DNA from: a virus
Lineage: Duplodnaviria > Caudoviricetes
DNA: 43,307 bases
Virus record (IMG/VR): IMGVR_UViG_3300043394_000368
Location: 1-43,307 of that record
Strand: one strand, 5' to 3'
In this document: piece by piece, positions 25,586 through 35,807 of the stretch
How the letters are laid out: the number at the start of each line of letters is the position of its first letter
Position numbering within the stretch: position 1 is the stretch's first letter
The notes under the pieces: generated by a model
The model's database searches: none
What the model was told of the DNA's origin: nothing
Seen by the model: the letters and a program-made list of their open reading frames with translations, nothing else
Position numbers and translations under genes: made by a program

Positions 25586-26125
25586 ATGAGTAAAGAACAA
25601 TTTTTTATCAATGCAAAATTGACCTTGCAAGGATGTGTCTATGATTTCCAATTAGACTTGGAAGAAACTCATACACTTGAAGATGCACTTGAACAACTAC
25701 AAATACATTTTGATAGTGCAATCCATGATGGCACTATTGTATTGCAAGACCCAGAGGACATTGACTACATAGACATTACCGAAGACATGGTGGAATTTGA
25801 TTTCAGCGAGATACCACAATTTCTAATTGGTGATTGGGATATATGGGATGCCATTTCAGAATTTGCGGAACACTATTACTCCAGTTTCTATGATGTAGAT
25901 GTATTCGAGGCGGCGCGGGATTGCGATATTCAATTCTCGGATATTGATGAATGTTATCAAGGCGAACATGATAGTGACGAAGACTTTGTGCAAAACTTGT
26001 GTGAAGACTGTGGAGACATACCAAGAGACTTGCCAAGTTATATTCACATTGATTGGGAAAGAACCGCTCGTGATGTAATGTATGACTATTCAGAAAGCAA
26101 CGGTCACTATTTCAGAAACATTTAA
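25586..26125 (+). CDS. ardA: Antirestriction protein ArdA (DNA mimic)
   Basis: Very acidic; YQGEHDSDEDFVQ...IP..L..YIHIDWERTARD...DY..SNGHYFR. Confidence 0.85.
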   Translation: MSKEQFFINAKLTLQGCVYDFQLDLEETHTLEDALEQLQIHFDSAIHDGTIVLQDPEDIDYIDITEDMVEFDFSEIPQFLIGDWDIWDAISEFAEHYYSSFYDVDVFEAARDCDIQFSDIDECYQGEHDSDEDFVQNLCEDCGDIPRDLPSYIHIDWERTARDVMYDYSESNGHYFRNI

Positions 26126-26139
26126 TACAGGAAACAACT

Positions 26140-26520
26140 ATGATATTACAACCAGAAACACAACCGAAACCAAGTCTCTTTCTAGCAATACATGAACTTG
26201 CTCGCAAGAAACTACCAGAACTGGCAAAGAAAGCAGGTAACAATGATAAAAAAGACTGGACTATAAAATTTGGTAACAAGTATGCAAAGATTACAGATGG
26301 TTATACCAACATACAAGGAATGAGAATCGAATCCGTTTGGGGCTTTGTTGTCCTCAAAGAATGCACCGTGGATGGAATTGATTACAAGCCCGGTGACTTG
26401 CTCAAAGCCGCTTCACATAAGGCACCTGCAAAACATGCAAGAGGAAACATCATGGATGGAACCGCAGACTATGATGTGTGGGGTCCTTCGTATTTACCTA
26501 ATAGGAGGTCCTCATGCTAG
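26140..26520 (+). CDS. Conserved hypothetical phage protein
   Basis: KYAKI...SVWGFV...GDLLKAASHKAPAKHARGNI...WGPSYL. Confidence 0.75.
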   Translation: MILQPETQPKPSLFLAIHELARKKLPELAKKAGNNDKKDWTIKFGNKYAKITDGYTNIQGMRIESVWGFVVLKECTVDGIDYKPGDLLKAASHKAPAKHARGNIMDGTADYDVWGPSYLPNRRSSC

Positions 26521-26750
26521 GTAAACCCGGCATCCGTGACCGCCGTTCACACCATGTAAAGCGTGGCACTAAATTCCAATGGTATTGCCCAAGTAGGGGC
26601 AAGTGGATTGACTGCACCGTGACTGGAACAAATCGTTCTTGGGTGCGGTATATTGAGAACCACCGAACCGGTGTTGCGTTCAATGGTGAATTTAATTTTA
26701 CCCGCAGAGACTTTAATGAATTTACAAACATAAAAATTATTCAATGGTGA
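26514..26750 (+). CDS. Hypothetical protein (small beta-rich)
   Basis: AGGAGG RBS, overlap with the upstream gene. Confidence 0.65.
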   Translation: MLGKPGIRDRRSHHVKRGTKFQWYCPSRGKWIDCTVTGTNRSWVRYIENHRTGVAFNGEFNFTRRDFNEFTNIKIIQW

Positions 26751-26753
26751 ACC

Positions 26754-26999
26754 ATGTTTTTAGAAGATGACCACGCATACGAACTTGCAACAGACTTGTT
26801 GGTTAAGTTTCACAATGCTAATGAAACCTATGACTACTTGAAAGATATTCTGCGGAAAGAAGAACCGGGTTCACCGCACTACGAACTTATACGCGAGGAA
26901 TACCTGAAAGCAGCTGAACACGCAAGGATAAGACACGCACACGCGATGATTATATCATGTGACATTATACAATCTATACAAGAATATCGTTGGAATTAA
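26754..26999 (+). CDS. Hypothetical protein
   Basis: In-operon ORF. Confidence 0.6.
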   Translation: MFLEDDHAYELATDLLVKFHNANETYDYLKDILRKEEPGSPHYELIREEYLKAAEHARIRHAHAMIISCDIIQSIQEYRWN

Positions 27000-27024
27000 C
27001 CATTAACAATTAAGGAATAAAACT

Positions 27025-27450
27025 ATGTCTATGCCGCATCCCTCACAAATTGATTGGCAAGAAATTGAGAAGAAGATGAATAAAACAAAGACAACGCCTG
27101 CTCACAGTAATGGTGAAGAATGGCGAGAAGGTTATACAAAGATTGAACATCCCGAATGGGGAACTGCATTTGTCCGTAGGATAGAGAGGGCAAAGGCAAT
27201 CGATCTATTGCGTGAATGGAACTCAGAGAACTTTGATCCATACGATATGAATACTCACGATATGATAGAATACTGTCTTGACATGATGGAATCTGGTGTC
27301 AAAGGTTGGGTGGAATGGACCAACGCAGAACTTGCTGAGGAACTGAATAGAATGAACACCGATGCAGATTGGCACTATGAAAGTGAAGAAGATGAAAATG
27401 GTGAGGAATGTCCAGTTATATTTGAAGTTTACAATGGAGTGCACGGATGA
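27025..27450 (+). CDS. Hypothetical acidic protein
   Basis: AAGGA RBS; GVKGWVEWTNAELAEE resembles GFGGYAYTDDDALRE in 29107..29385. Confidence 0.65.
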   Translation: MSMPHPSQIDWQEIEKKMNKTKTTPAHSNGEEWREGYTKIEHPEWGTAFVRRIERAKAIDLLREWNSENFDPYDMNTHDMIEYCLDMMESGVKGWVEWTNAELAEELNRMNTDADWHYESEEDENGEECPVIFEVYNGVHG

Positions 27451-27662
27451 TAAACACCTATCAAGAATGGATGGTCATACTTGAAGATGACCACCAAGAA
27501 CTGTTTACCTATGCAACTTGGGCGTCTTGTGAGAGAGACGCCGAAGAGGATGCGGTATTCAACACGAACTTGCAAGGTGTCCGTAATGTGACCGCAATCC
27601 CTATGGAAACATACAGACTTGCCTTGAGAACGCCAACTAACAAAACTGAAAGAGTGCTTTGA
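27447..27662 (+). CDS. Small acidic protein (WASCERDA motif)
   Basis: ATGA coupling; stop is the TGA of the following promoter. Confidence 0.6.
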   Translation: MINTYQEWMVILEDDHQELFTYATWASCERDAEEDAVFNTNLQGVRNVTAIPMETYRLALRTPTNKTERVL

Positions 27663-27705
27663 TCTTACAGAAAAATTACTTATGTTTGTATGTCAAACTT
27701 TGACA
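27655..27705 (+). promoter_or_regulatory. Bacteroidota-type promoter with palindrome at the start site
   Basis: TGCTTTGATCTTACAGAAAAATTACTTATGTTTGTA then TGTCAAA-C-TTTGACA. Confidence 0.75.
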
Positions 27706-27819
27706 ATATGCCACGCTGACACTTACCCGTAATTAACTTTTAGTGTTGGACACAATCATACGATAAGAATTGTGTAAGTGGTAATTTTAATCACACCTTA
27801 CTATAAGGAGCATTTCCAA

Positions 27820-28749
27820 ATGGAAAAGCAATCAATCGGCGTTACGAATACGCCATCAAAACAATTTACTATTTTTGAAACCAGAGACTTCTCTATTTTC
27901 AAAAAACTTTCCCACAACCGTTCAACGAGTAAAAACAAGAGTAATCTTCGTGCATTGAAGAAATCAATGTCATCGGTGCGTGGTAAAAATTTATTGACGC
28001 TCATCATAGTCAATGAATTTATGGAAATCATTGATGGACAACACCGAGTAAAAGTGTATGAGGAACTCTACGCAAATACACCGCTCGATGAAAGACCCAC
28101 ATTGCATTATGTTATCTGCAAAGGATATGGGTTAGAAGAATGTAGGGCATACAACAAAGCCGGTAAGACTTGGGATGGACATGACTTTTTGGAATCCTAT
28201 GTGTCACAAGGTATGTTGCCTTACCAACAATTTGAGGCGTTTATGAACACCCATGAATTTTTGGACTATTGGATAACATTAAGAATTTTGACCGGAACTA
28301 TCAATGTTTCAACTCGTGCAAAATCAAAGGCCACAAAAGGTGAGGATGTCAATGATTTGTTCCGTGAAGGTAGATTGACAATCGATCCTGAAAACTTACG
28401 AAAGGGAAAAATTCTTGTAAGTAGAATACAAGAAATCCTTGACAATGGTTGGTATGAAGGTGATAAGGCGTCCAGAACATTCATCGTGACAATGAGCCGA
28501 ATTATGGCATCCAAAAACTTTGACTTTGATGTGTTCAAAGAGAAGATGGAAAAATCACGAAAGAAAATATATGATGTTCAAAAGATGGACACTATCGCAA
28601 AACAAATTGAGGCAATCTATAACAAAAAGGAACCTGTAAAAACACAGATAAAAATTCCAACAAATGTCAAATCGAAAAACGCGAATGTGATTGAACTACG
28701 AACAAAGGCACCGAAAAGAAAGCGTGCTAAGAAAACCACTACGGTTTGA
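27820..28749 (+). CDS. ParB/Srx-like N-terminal domain protein
   Basis: HNR, IIVNEFMEIIDGQHRV, N...KTW...DFL..Y; AAGGAG RBS. Confidence 0.8.
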   Translation: MEKQSIGVTNTPSKQFTIFETRDFSIFKKLSHNRSTSKNKSNLRALKKSMSSVRGKNLLTLIIVNEFMEIIDGQHRVKVYEELYANTPLDERPTLHYVICKGYGLEECRAYNKAGKTWDGHDFLESYVSQGMLPYQQFEAFMNTHEFLDYWITLRILTGTINVSTRAKSKATKGEDVNDLFREGRLTIDPENLRKGKILVSRIQEILDNGWYEGDKASRTFIVTMSRIMASKNFDFDVFKEKMEKSRKKIYDVQKMDTIAKQIEAIYNKKEPVKTQIKIPTNVKSKNANVIELRTKAPKRKRAKKTTTV

Positions 28750-28757
28750 TAACAGAT

Positions 28758-28787
28758 GGGGCAGTTTATGACTGCCCCCTTTTTTTA
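28758..28787 (+). terminator. Intrinsic terminator
   Basis: GGGGCAGT-TTATG-ACTGCCCC then C and a T-run. Confidence 0.85.
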
Positions 28788-28813
28788 TCGCCAACTAACA
28801 AAGTAAAAAATAG

Positions 28814-28847
28814 TTTGGTCATGTCAAATAAATTACCTATATTTGTA
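28814..28847 (+). promoter_or_regulatory. Bacteroidota-type promoter
   Basis: TTTGGTCATGTCAAATAAATTACCTATATTTGTA. Confidence 0.7.
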
Positions 28848-28867
28848 TATCAATAAAGGATAACTCA

Positions 28868-29110
28868 ATGGATTGGATTAAAGATTACTACGATGTTGGC
28901 CAGAAATACAAAGGTTATTTCATAAAGGAAAATGAATGTCCAGAATGTCATTCGGATGCGGACATTGAATATCTTGATAGTGGTATCGGTGACGAGTTTT
29001 ATTTTTACGAAATGAAATGTGGTTGCGGTGCCCGTTGGACAGAATTTCACAGACTTGTTTTTGACAGTATCAGAATTGACCAACCCGTAAATAAGGAGAC
29101 AGACCAATGA
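28868..29110 (+). CDS. Zinc-ribbon protein
   Basis: CPEC...CGCGARWTE. Confidence 0.7.
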   Translation: MDWIKDYYDVGQKYKGYFIKENECPECHSDADIEYLDSGIGDEFYFYEMKCGCGARWTEFHRLVFDSIRIDQPVNKETDQ

Positions 29111-29385
29111 CAGAACATGACAAGAACTTTCATCATGGCTACACAAGACAAGAGATAGTGGATGCTATCATTGACTTTGAATTGGACAATGATATACTAC
29201 CCGATTGGCGTGAGGTATTGGAATATGGATTTGGTGGATATGCTTACACCGATGATGATGCCCTCCGTGAAATGTATGATGAATACTTTACGGAACCTGA
29301 AAGGAATGACGAAGAACCACCTGATGATTTATGGTCGTTCAACGATGATGGTATCACAACAGATGGCCGAGGTAACAATGTTTAA
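29107..29385 (+). CDS. Highly acidic small protein
   Basis: AAGGAG RBS, ATGA coupling, D/E-rich. Confidence 0.7.
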   Translation: MTEHDKNFHHGYTRQEIVDAIIDFELDNDILPDWREVLEYGFGGYAYTDDDALREMYDEYFTEPERNDEEPPDDLWSFNDDGITTDGRGNNV

Positions 29386-29551
29386 CCCCAGTATCGAATA
29401 TCTTATCGGCCTGTCAAAGATCTCCGGTCTTCCGGAAGAGAAACGTCCTCCCCTATTCGTCAGAGACGATGATGGAAGTCTTATCTCAGCGAAACAAGTT
29501 ATTCAAGAACATTTTGGACCCAAACGAATTGGGTTTATACACAATCAATAA
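29378..29551 (+). CDS. Small hypothetical protein
   Basis: GAGG RBS before MFNPSIEYLIGL; upstream part of the track ORF overlaps 29107..29385. Confidence 0.55.
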   Translation: MFNPSIEYLIGLSKISGLPEEKRPPLFVRDDDGSLISAKQVIQEHFGPKRIGFIHNQ

Positions 29552-29562
29552 GGAATCATGTA

Positions 29563-30420
29563 ATGGAATATCTAACATTCACCTTACTCTTTATCGCCGC
29601 TACTGCGGGAACGAGTGCTACATTTCTGGCTATCATTCAATATATCAAGCCGGGTAATGGATGGGCTCAATCTCCCATGTGGGCTAATTCAGACATTTGT
29701 AGGTTTGCACTATGGGGCGCACTTGCATCTGCGATATTGGAGTTATATCTATGAGCGGAATCATATCATCCGTTTTACTTGGAATCGCACTTGTGTTAGG
29801 TGTAGTCACATGGATTGATTGGATAAACCGTGTTCGTATGAAGTGGAACACGAAGCGTGAAAGTAGTAATCAAACCCATACGGATTGGGAATTTGTTAAA
29901 TGGATTTTAAGGAGACACAAACGATGAAGGTGTATGTGCTTTACAACCAAAGGTTTTGTGAGATTCGTGGTGTATATTCATCACACGAACTTGCAATGGA
30001 GAATGCAGAATACGGAACAGACTTTGTGTTTGAGTGCCAACTTGATGAGGTGTTTGTATGATTCGCAAATTTTCAAGGGTGTGGACAGAGGATTCACCAA
30101 GAACTATTGACCTGTTGATGGACACGGTGTTGTGGTTGGTTGGATTGACCGTGTTGAATACTGTGTTGATTGGTGTGGTGATGTGGATGATGTTTAGCAA
30201 ATGAGTGGTGAGGGATGTGACAAACTCAAACGAAGTTTGAAGTTGGAACATACCGAACACATATAATGGAGTGACATATATGAAGAACGATAAAACAGGC
30301 GGCGAGCGACTGACGAATATATGGATTGGGATTGGGTTGGTGAACGCAGTCTTCTTCCTATTTATTAGTGGACGCATATACGACATGGTGAAAGGTTTTT
30401 TAACAGTCTTCGGAGAATGA
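29563..30420 (+). CDS. Run of small, mostly membrane proteins (29563-29754, 29751-29927, 29924-30061, 30058-30204, 30280-30420)
   Basis: First four joined by ATGA overlaps; own translations include MKVYVLYNQRFCEIRGVYSSHELA..., MIRKFSRVW...LWLVGLTVLNTVLIGVVMWMMFSK, MKNDKTGG...WIGIGLVNAVFFLFISG. Confidence 0.6.
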
Positions 30421-30421
30421 T

Positions 30422-30751
30422 ATGAATGGTATAACTGAATTGCAGATATGGTCTTGGATTGAACAATGTGATGATCAACTCAAACAATTACAGAACGCAA
30501 AAGATTTCTTATACCTTTCTTATTACGAAAGAGACTTGATAAATTATTCCGTTGAAGAAAATCTCCGCGACCGGTTAGGTGATAGAATACGCGACATAAA
30601 ATCTAAGCGTGAATTTCTGACAAGAATGTTGGATCAAATTCACACAACTGATAATGTAGAAATGTTTGAGTATCAGTTTCCAGATACTCTGGTAGATCAA
30701 TTACCACCAGACTTACGAAAAGCGTTCTTCGATTATGTGTATGAAATGTGA
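30422..30751 (+). CDS. Hypothetical helical protein
   Basis: GGAG RBS. Confidence 0.65.
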   Translation: MNGITELQIWSWIEQCDDQLKQLQNAKDFLYLSYYERDLINYSVEENLRDRLGDRIRDIKSKREFLTRMLDQIHTTDNVEMFEYQFPDTLVDQLPPDLRKAFFDYVYEM

Positions 30752-30756
30752 TGAAT

Positions 30757-30839
30757 GGTCCGGTGGCGGAATGGAATACGCAACGCACTTAAAATGCGTT
30801 GCCCGTAAGGGATTGTGGGTTCGAGTCCCACCCGGACTA
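30757..30839 (+). tRNA. tRNA-Leu(TAA)
   Basis: GGTCCGG/CCGGACT acceptor, ACGCA-CTTAAAA-TGCGT, long variable arm CCC-GTAA-GGG, GTGGG-TTCGAGT-CCCAC. Confidence 0.92.
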
Positions 30840-30845
30840 CATCAA

Positions 30846-30874
30846 TGGGTAGTGGTTTTTTAATCACTACCCAT
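30846..30874 (+). terminator. Hairpin after tRNA-Leu
   Basis: ATGGGTAGTG...CACTACCCAT. Confidence 0.65.
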
Positions 30875-30919
30875 ATTTATTTATACAAATAATTGTTTCA
30901 TTATTACAGAGGTTTCATT

Positions 30920-31183
30920 ATGATTGATACCCTAAAAACATTTACCCCATTATTAGTTCTTTCCGTGATTGCAATTGGTGCAACATTTGGGGATGGTAAC
31001 TTCAGCACATTTGCAGTAGGACTTTCAAAATATGCACTTGCTGTTGGAGCTGCTTGGTTCGTTGATTCATTTCTAATCAAGGAGGTAAACTCACGTGAAA
31101 TACTTGCTCAAAACCCTATCGCTTATGCTATTTGGTTGTTTGGTAACGTCATCACCGCTGCTCTCTGCTTCTCAAACAGTTGA
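30920..31183 (+). CDS. Small 3-TM membrane protein (holin-like)
   Basis: Hydrophobic segments, directly upstream of and overlapping the CHAP gene. Confidence 0.55.
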   Translation: MIDTLKTFTPLLVLSVIAIGATFGDGNFSTFAVGLSKYALAVGAAWFVDSFLIKEVNSREILAQNPIAYAIWLFGNVITAALCFSNS

Positions 31184-31676
31184 TCAAACAGACGGTGAAA
31201 GAGTTAGAAACATTGCTTACGGTTTCGTTGGAACGAAAGAAGTTGGAAACAATGGTGGATATTGGGTTACAAAATTTCTCAAATCCGTAGGACTTCGACC
31301 AGGTAATGCTTGGTGTGGTGCATTCGTTTCCTATTGTCTTGATAGTGCAGAAATAAAAACAATGCGTGTTCGTTCTGGATTGGCAAGACATTTCATTACA
31401 AAGAACAAGACTATCAAAGCAACAAAAGTTTTACAATCTAATATGAAGATACCGATGGGTTCGGTAGTTGTTTGGCGTAGAGGAACAACAATGTTCGGTC
31501 ATGTTGGATTCGTAGATAGTTGGCAAGGTAGAAGTGGAACTACCATAGAAGGTAACACTTCATCTGGCCGTAGTGGTAGTCAATGGAATGGTGGTGGTGT
31601 TTGGTCTCGTAAGAGAACGATAAATCCGTATGACCATTTCCGAATAACAGACTTTGCTTTGTTAGACCAACGATAA
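31095..31676 (+). CDS. CHAP-domain peptidoglycan hydrolase with signal-like N-terminus
   Basis: AWCGAFVSY, GHVGFV, TIEGNT; GGAGG RBS before GTG. Confidence 0.88.
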   Translation: MKYLLKTLSLMLFGCLVTSSPLLSASQTVDQTDGERVRNIAYGFVGTKEVGNNGGYWVTKFLKSVGLRPGNAWCGAFVSYCLDSAEIKTMRVRSGLARHFITKNKTIKATKVLQSNMKIPMGSVVVWRRGTTMFGHVGFVDSWQGRSGTTIEGNTSSGRSGSQWNGGGVWSRKRTINPYDHFRITDFALLDQR

Positions 31677-31710
31677 AATAAAGGTGAGTTTTTACTCACC
31701 TTTTTTATTT
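31676..31710. terminator. Bidirectional terminator
   Basis: AAAGGTGAGT-TTTT-ACTCACCTTT between convergent genes. Confidence 0.8.
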
Positions 31711-32049
31711 CCATTCATCACATATTAAAGAATAGTTACAAGTTAATTCTTCGCCAATAGAAATATCTCTTACTGCAATAGTTTTCCCATCTTGAGTATC
31801 TATACAATTATTATCTTCGCTATGATTCATAAATCTCATATTATCAAAATATGTTTGTCTGTATTCTCCAATTGCAGAAGAATACATTTTGAAAAACTCA
31901 TACTCACTTTTATCAATTTCATCTTTGTGAATCAATAAATCAAATTTACCAAGTTCACCAATGACTTGATTCTTTTTAATATCTTCGGATGTAAATAGCC
32001 CAATACCATGAACAGTTGATTTATCCAAATATGTTTTAATTCTAAGCAA
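31705..32049 (-). CDS. SET-domain protein (lysine methyltransferase)
   Basis: KSTVHGIGLFTSEDIKK, RFMNHS, AVRDISIGEELTCNY. Confidence 0.88.
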   Translation of the reverse strand: MLRIKTYLDKSTVHGIGLFTSEDIKKNQVIGELGKFDLLIHKDEIDKSEYEFFKMYSSAIGEYRQTYFDNMRFMNHSEDNNCIDTQDGKTIAVRDISIGEELTCNYSLICDEWK

Positions 32050-32098
32050 TTATTATCTCCAATGTTACCATAATCCATAAATATATCTTTTTAATTTA

Positions 32099-32134
32099 TG
32101 CTTTGTATTGATAAAAAAAAGTTGTATATTTGTA
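32099..32134 (+). promoter_or_regulatory. Bacteroidota-type promoter
   Basis: TGCTTTGTATTGATAAAAAAAAGTTGTATATTTGTA. Confidence 0.7.
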
Positions 32135-32198
32135 TATGTTTTGAAACATTATACTATATTTATTAGTGTTATGTTTTAGTGTTATGGGTTAGTGTGTT

Positions 32199-32894
32199 AT
32201 GAATAAAAAGATGGGCAGACCACCACTAATACTTACCGAATCACAAGTCAGATACGCAATGCAAAACAGTTTCGGTAATAAAGATGCTGCCAGATTTCTC
32301 AAAGTAGATTACAGAACTTACAAACGATGGGCACAACAGCACATTGATAGTGAGACTGGTAAAACTCTATTTCAATTACATTCAAAACTTGGTGTTCCGC
32401 TTACGCGGGAAAAGAAAGATGATAAGTGGAATGGTAAATCGTTTGACTGTAATAAAGGTTACAAAGAAAAGTTAGAGGATATTCTTGACGGTAAATATCC
32501 TGCATACGAAACAAAGAAGTTACGAAAGAGATTATTACTATCAGGATGGATTCCGTGTGTTTGTGCCGCTTGTGGGTGGGATGAACCGAGAATGACTGAT
32601 GGGAATTATCCATTACTGATAGACTTCATAGATAATAACTGGCGTAATTGTAAACTAGATAATCTGCGCCTGTTATGTTTTAATTGTTATTTCAATCTTG
32701 TTAGAACACCATCAACATCATATCAAGGATGGACATATGGTACAGTATCAAAGACACCTTGGTATGGCGAGAAACGTCCAAGAGACGGCAGATACCGTAG
32801 AAGATTGGAAGAACGAATCAAACAACAAGAACAAAAGAAAAAAGAAGAACAAGAAAAATTCTTTGAATGGGATGAAACTCCTGACGAAGAATAG
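32199..32894 (+). CDS. HTH plus degenerate HNH-like Zn-finger protein
   Basis: AARFLKVDYRTYKRWA; CAACG...LLIDFIDNNWRNCKLDNLRLLCFNCY. Confidence 0.7.
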   Translation: MNKKMGRPPLILTESQVRYAMQNSFGNKDAARFLKVDYRTYKRWAQQHIDSETGKTLFQLHSKLGVPLTREKKDDKWNGKSFDCNKGYKEKLEDILDGKYPAYETKKLRKRLLLSGWIPCVCAACGWDEPRMTDGNYPLLIDFIDNNWRNCKLDNLRLLCFNCYFNLVRTPSTSYQGWTYGTVSKTPWYGEKRPRDGRYRRRLEERIKQQEQKKKEEQEKFFEWDETPDEE

Positions 32895-32941
32895 ATGTTA
32901 TATGTGTGTTATTTTTATACAAATTTAATTTGGAGGTTTCT

Positions 32942-34929
<1,988 letters not shown>

Positions 34930-34935
34930 TTAAAT

Positions 34936-34970
34936 AAAAATCCCGCTCAAAAATAGAGTGGGATTTTTTC
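34936..34970 (+). terminator. Intrinsic terminator
   Basis: AAAAATCCCGCTC...GAGTGGGATTTTTT. Confidence 0.8.
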
Positions 34971-35021
34971 TATTACATATTTATATTTATGTTAGTATTT
35001 TGTAACACATATTAAGTTATT

Positions 35022-35807
35022 ATGGCAATACCATCATTAGCATCATTGATTAAGAGAAGGGATTTATCTGGAGTAGTTAGCGATACTATATCCTATTTAA
35101 CCCTACAACCATCAAAGAGAGTTTTGTTTTTAACAACATCAACTCGTTACCCATTTAATACGGAATACAATAAGAGTGGTGTTGAATTGGAGTTGCCTAA
35201 ATCAACTGAACTTGCTTTGTTTATTAGGGAAAATATACCAAACAAATCAGAATGGATAGATGTTCCACAATTGAAAATATATCCATGTGAAGGCAATGTA
35301 TCACACAAAACGGGCAACACTTGTGGTGTAATGGATGCGGTGCTAAAGGATAAGAAAAAAAATCCAACAGGCCATCACAGATGCTGGGCTTCGGTGAATG
35401 ATAAAGAAGATCAATTGTGGGAAATAAGTAAAGAGTTATTCAAAGCAGATATTATTTTATTTTTTGCATCTATTCGTTGGGGACAAACAAATTCAGAGTA
35501 TCAAAAGTTAATCGAGAGATTAACTTGGTTAGAAAATCGTCATAGCACATTAGGTGAAGAAAATATATTACAAGGTAAACAAGCAGGTTTTATTTGTATA
35601 GGACAAAATTGGAATGGTGCAAATGTAACACAAGTTCAAAAAAATGTATTGAACTTCTATGGATTTGATACTCCAGATAATTTGTTTTGGAACTGGCAAT
35701 ACACAACAGATGCTAATGATGAAACACACGAATCATATGCAGCATCAGATAAACAGTTTCATTTGGATTTAGGTATACCATATATTGATCCGGAGAAATA
35801 TGATTAA
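35022..35807 (+). CDS. Flavodoxin-fold NAD(P)H-dependent FMN reductase / iron-sulfur flavoprotein-like
   Basis: LFLTTSTR, IYPCEG...CG...RCWAS, ADIILFFASIRWG, KLIERL, GKQAGFI. Confidence 0.75.
   Translation: MAIPSLASLIKRRDLSGVVSDTISYLTLQPSKRVLFLTTSTRYPFNTEYNKSGVELELPKSTELALFIRENIPNKSEWIDVPQLKIYPCEGNVSHKTGNTCGVMDAVLKDKKKNPTGHHRCWASVNDKEDQLWEISKELFKADIILFFASIRWGQTNSEYQKLIERLTWLENRHSTLGEENILQGKQAGFICIGQNWNGANVTQVQKNVLNFYGFDTPDNLFWNWQYTTDANDETHESYAASDKQFHLDLGIPYIDPEKYD

Noticed and set aside
7308-27690. 36-bp TGCTTTGATCTT...TATATTTGTA repeats as a CRISPR array
   Set aside because: Copies are dispersed, degenerate in the middle, separated by genes rather than 30-40 bp spacers, match the Bacteroidota promoter consensus, and no cas genes are present
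29907-30386. 159-aa minus-strand ORF
   Set aside because: The plus strand holds coupled small ORFs consistent with local gene orientation
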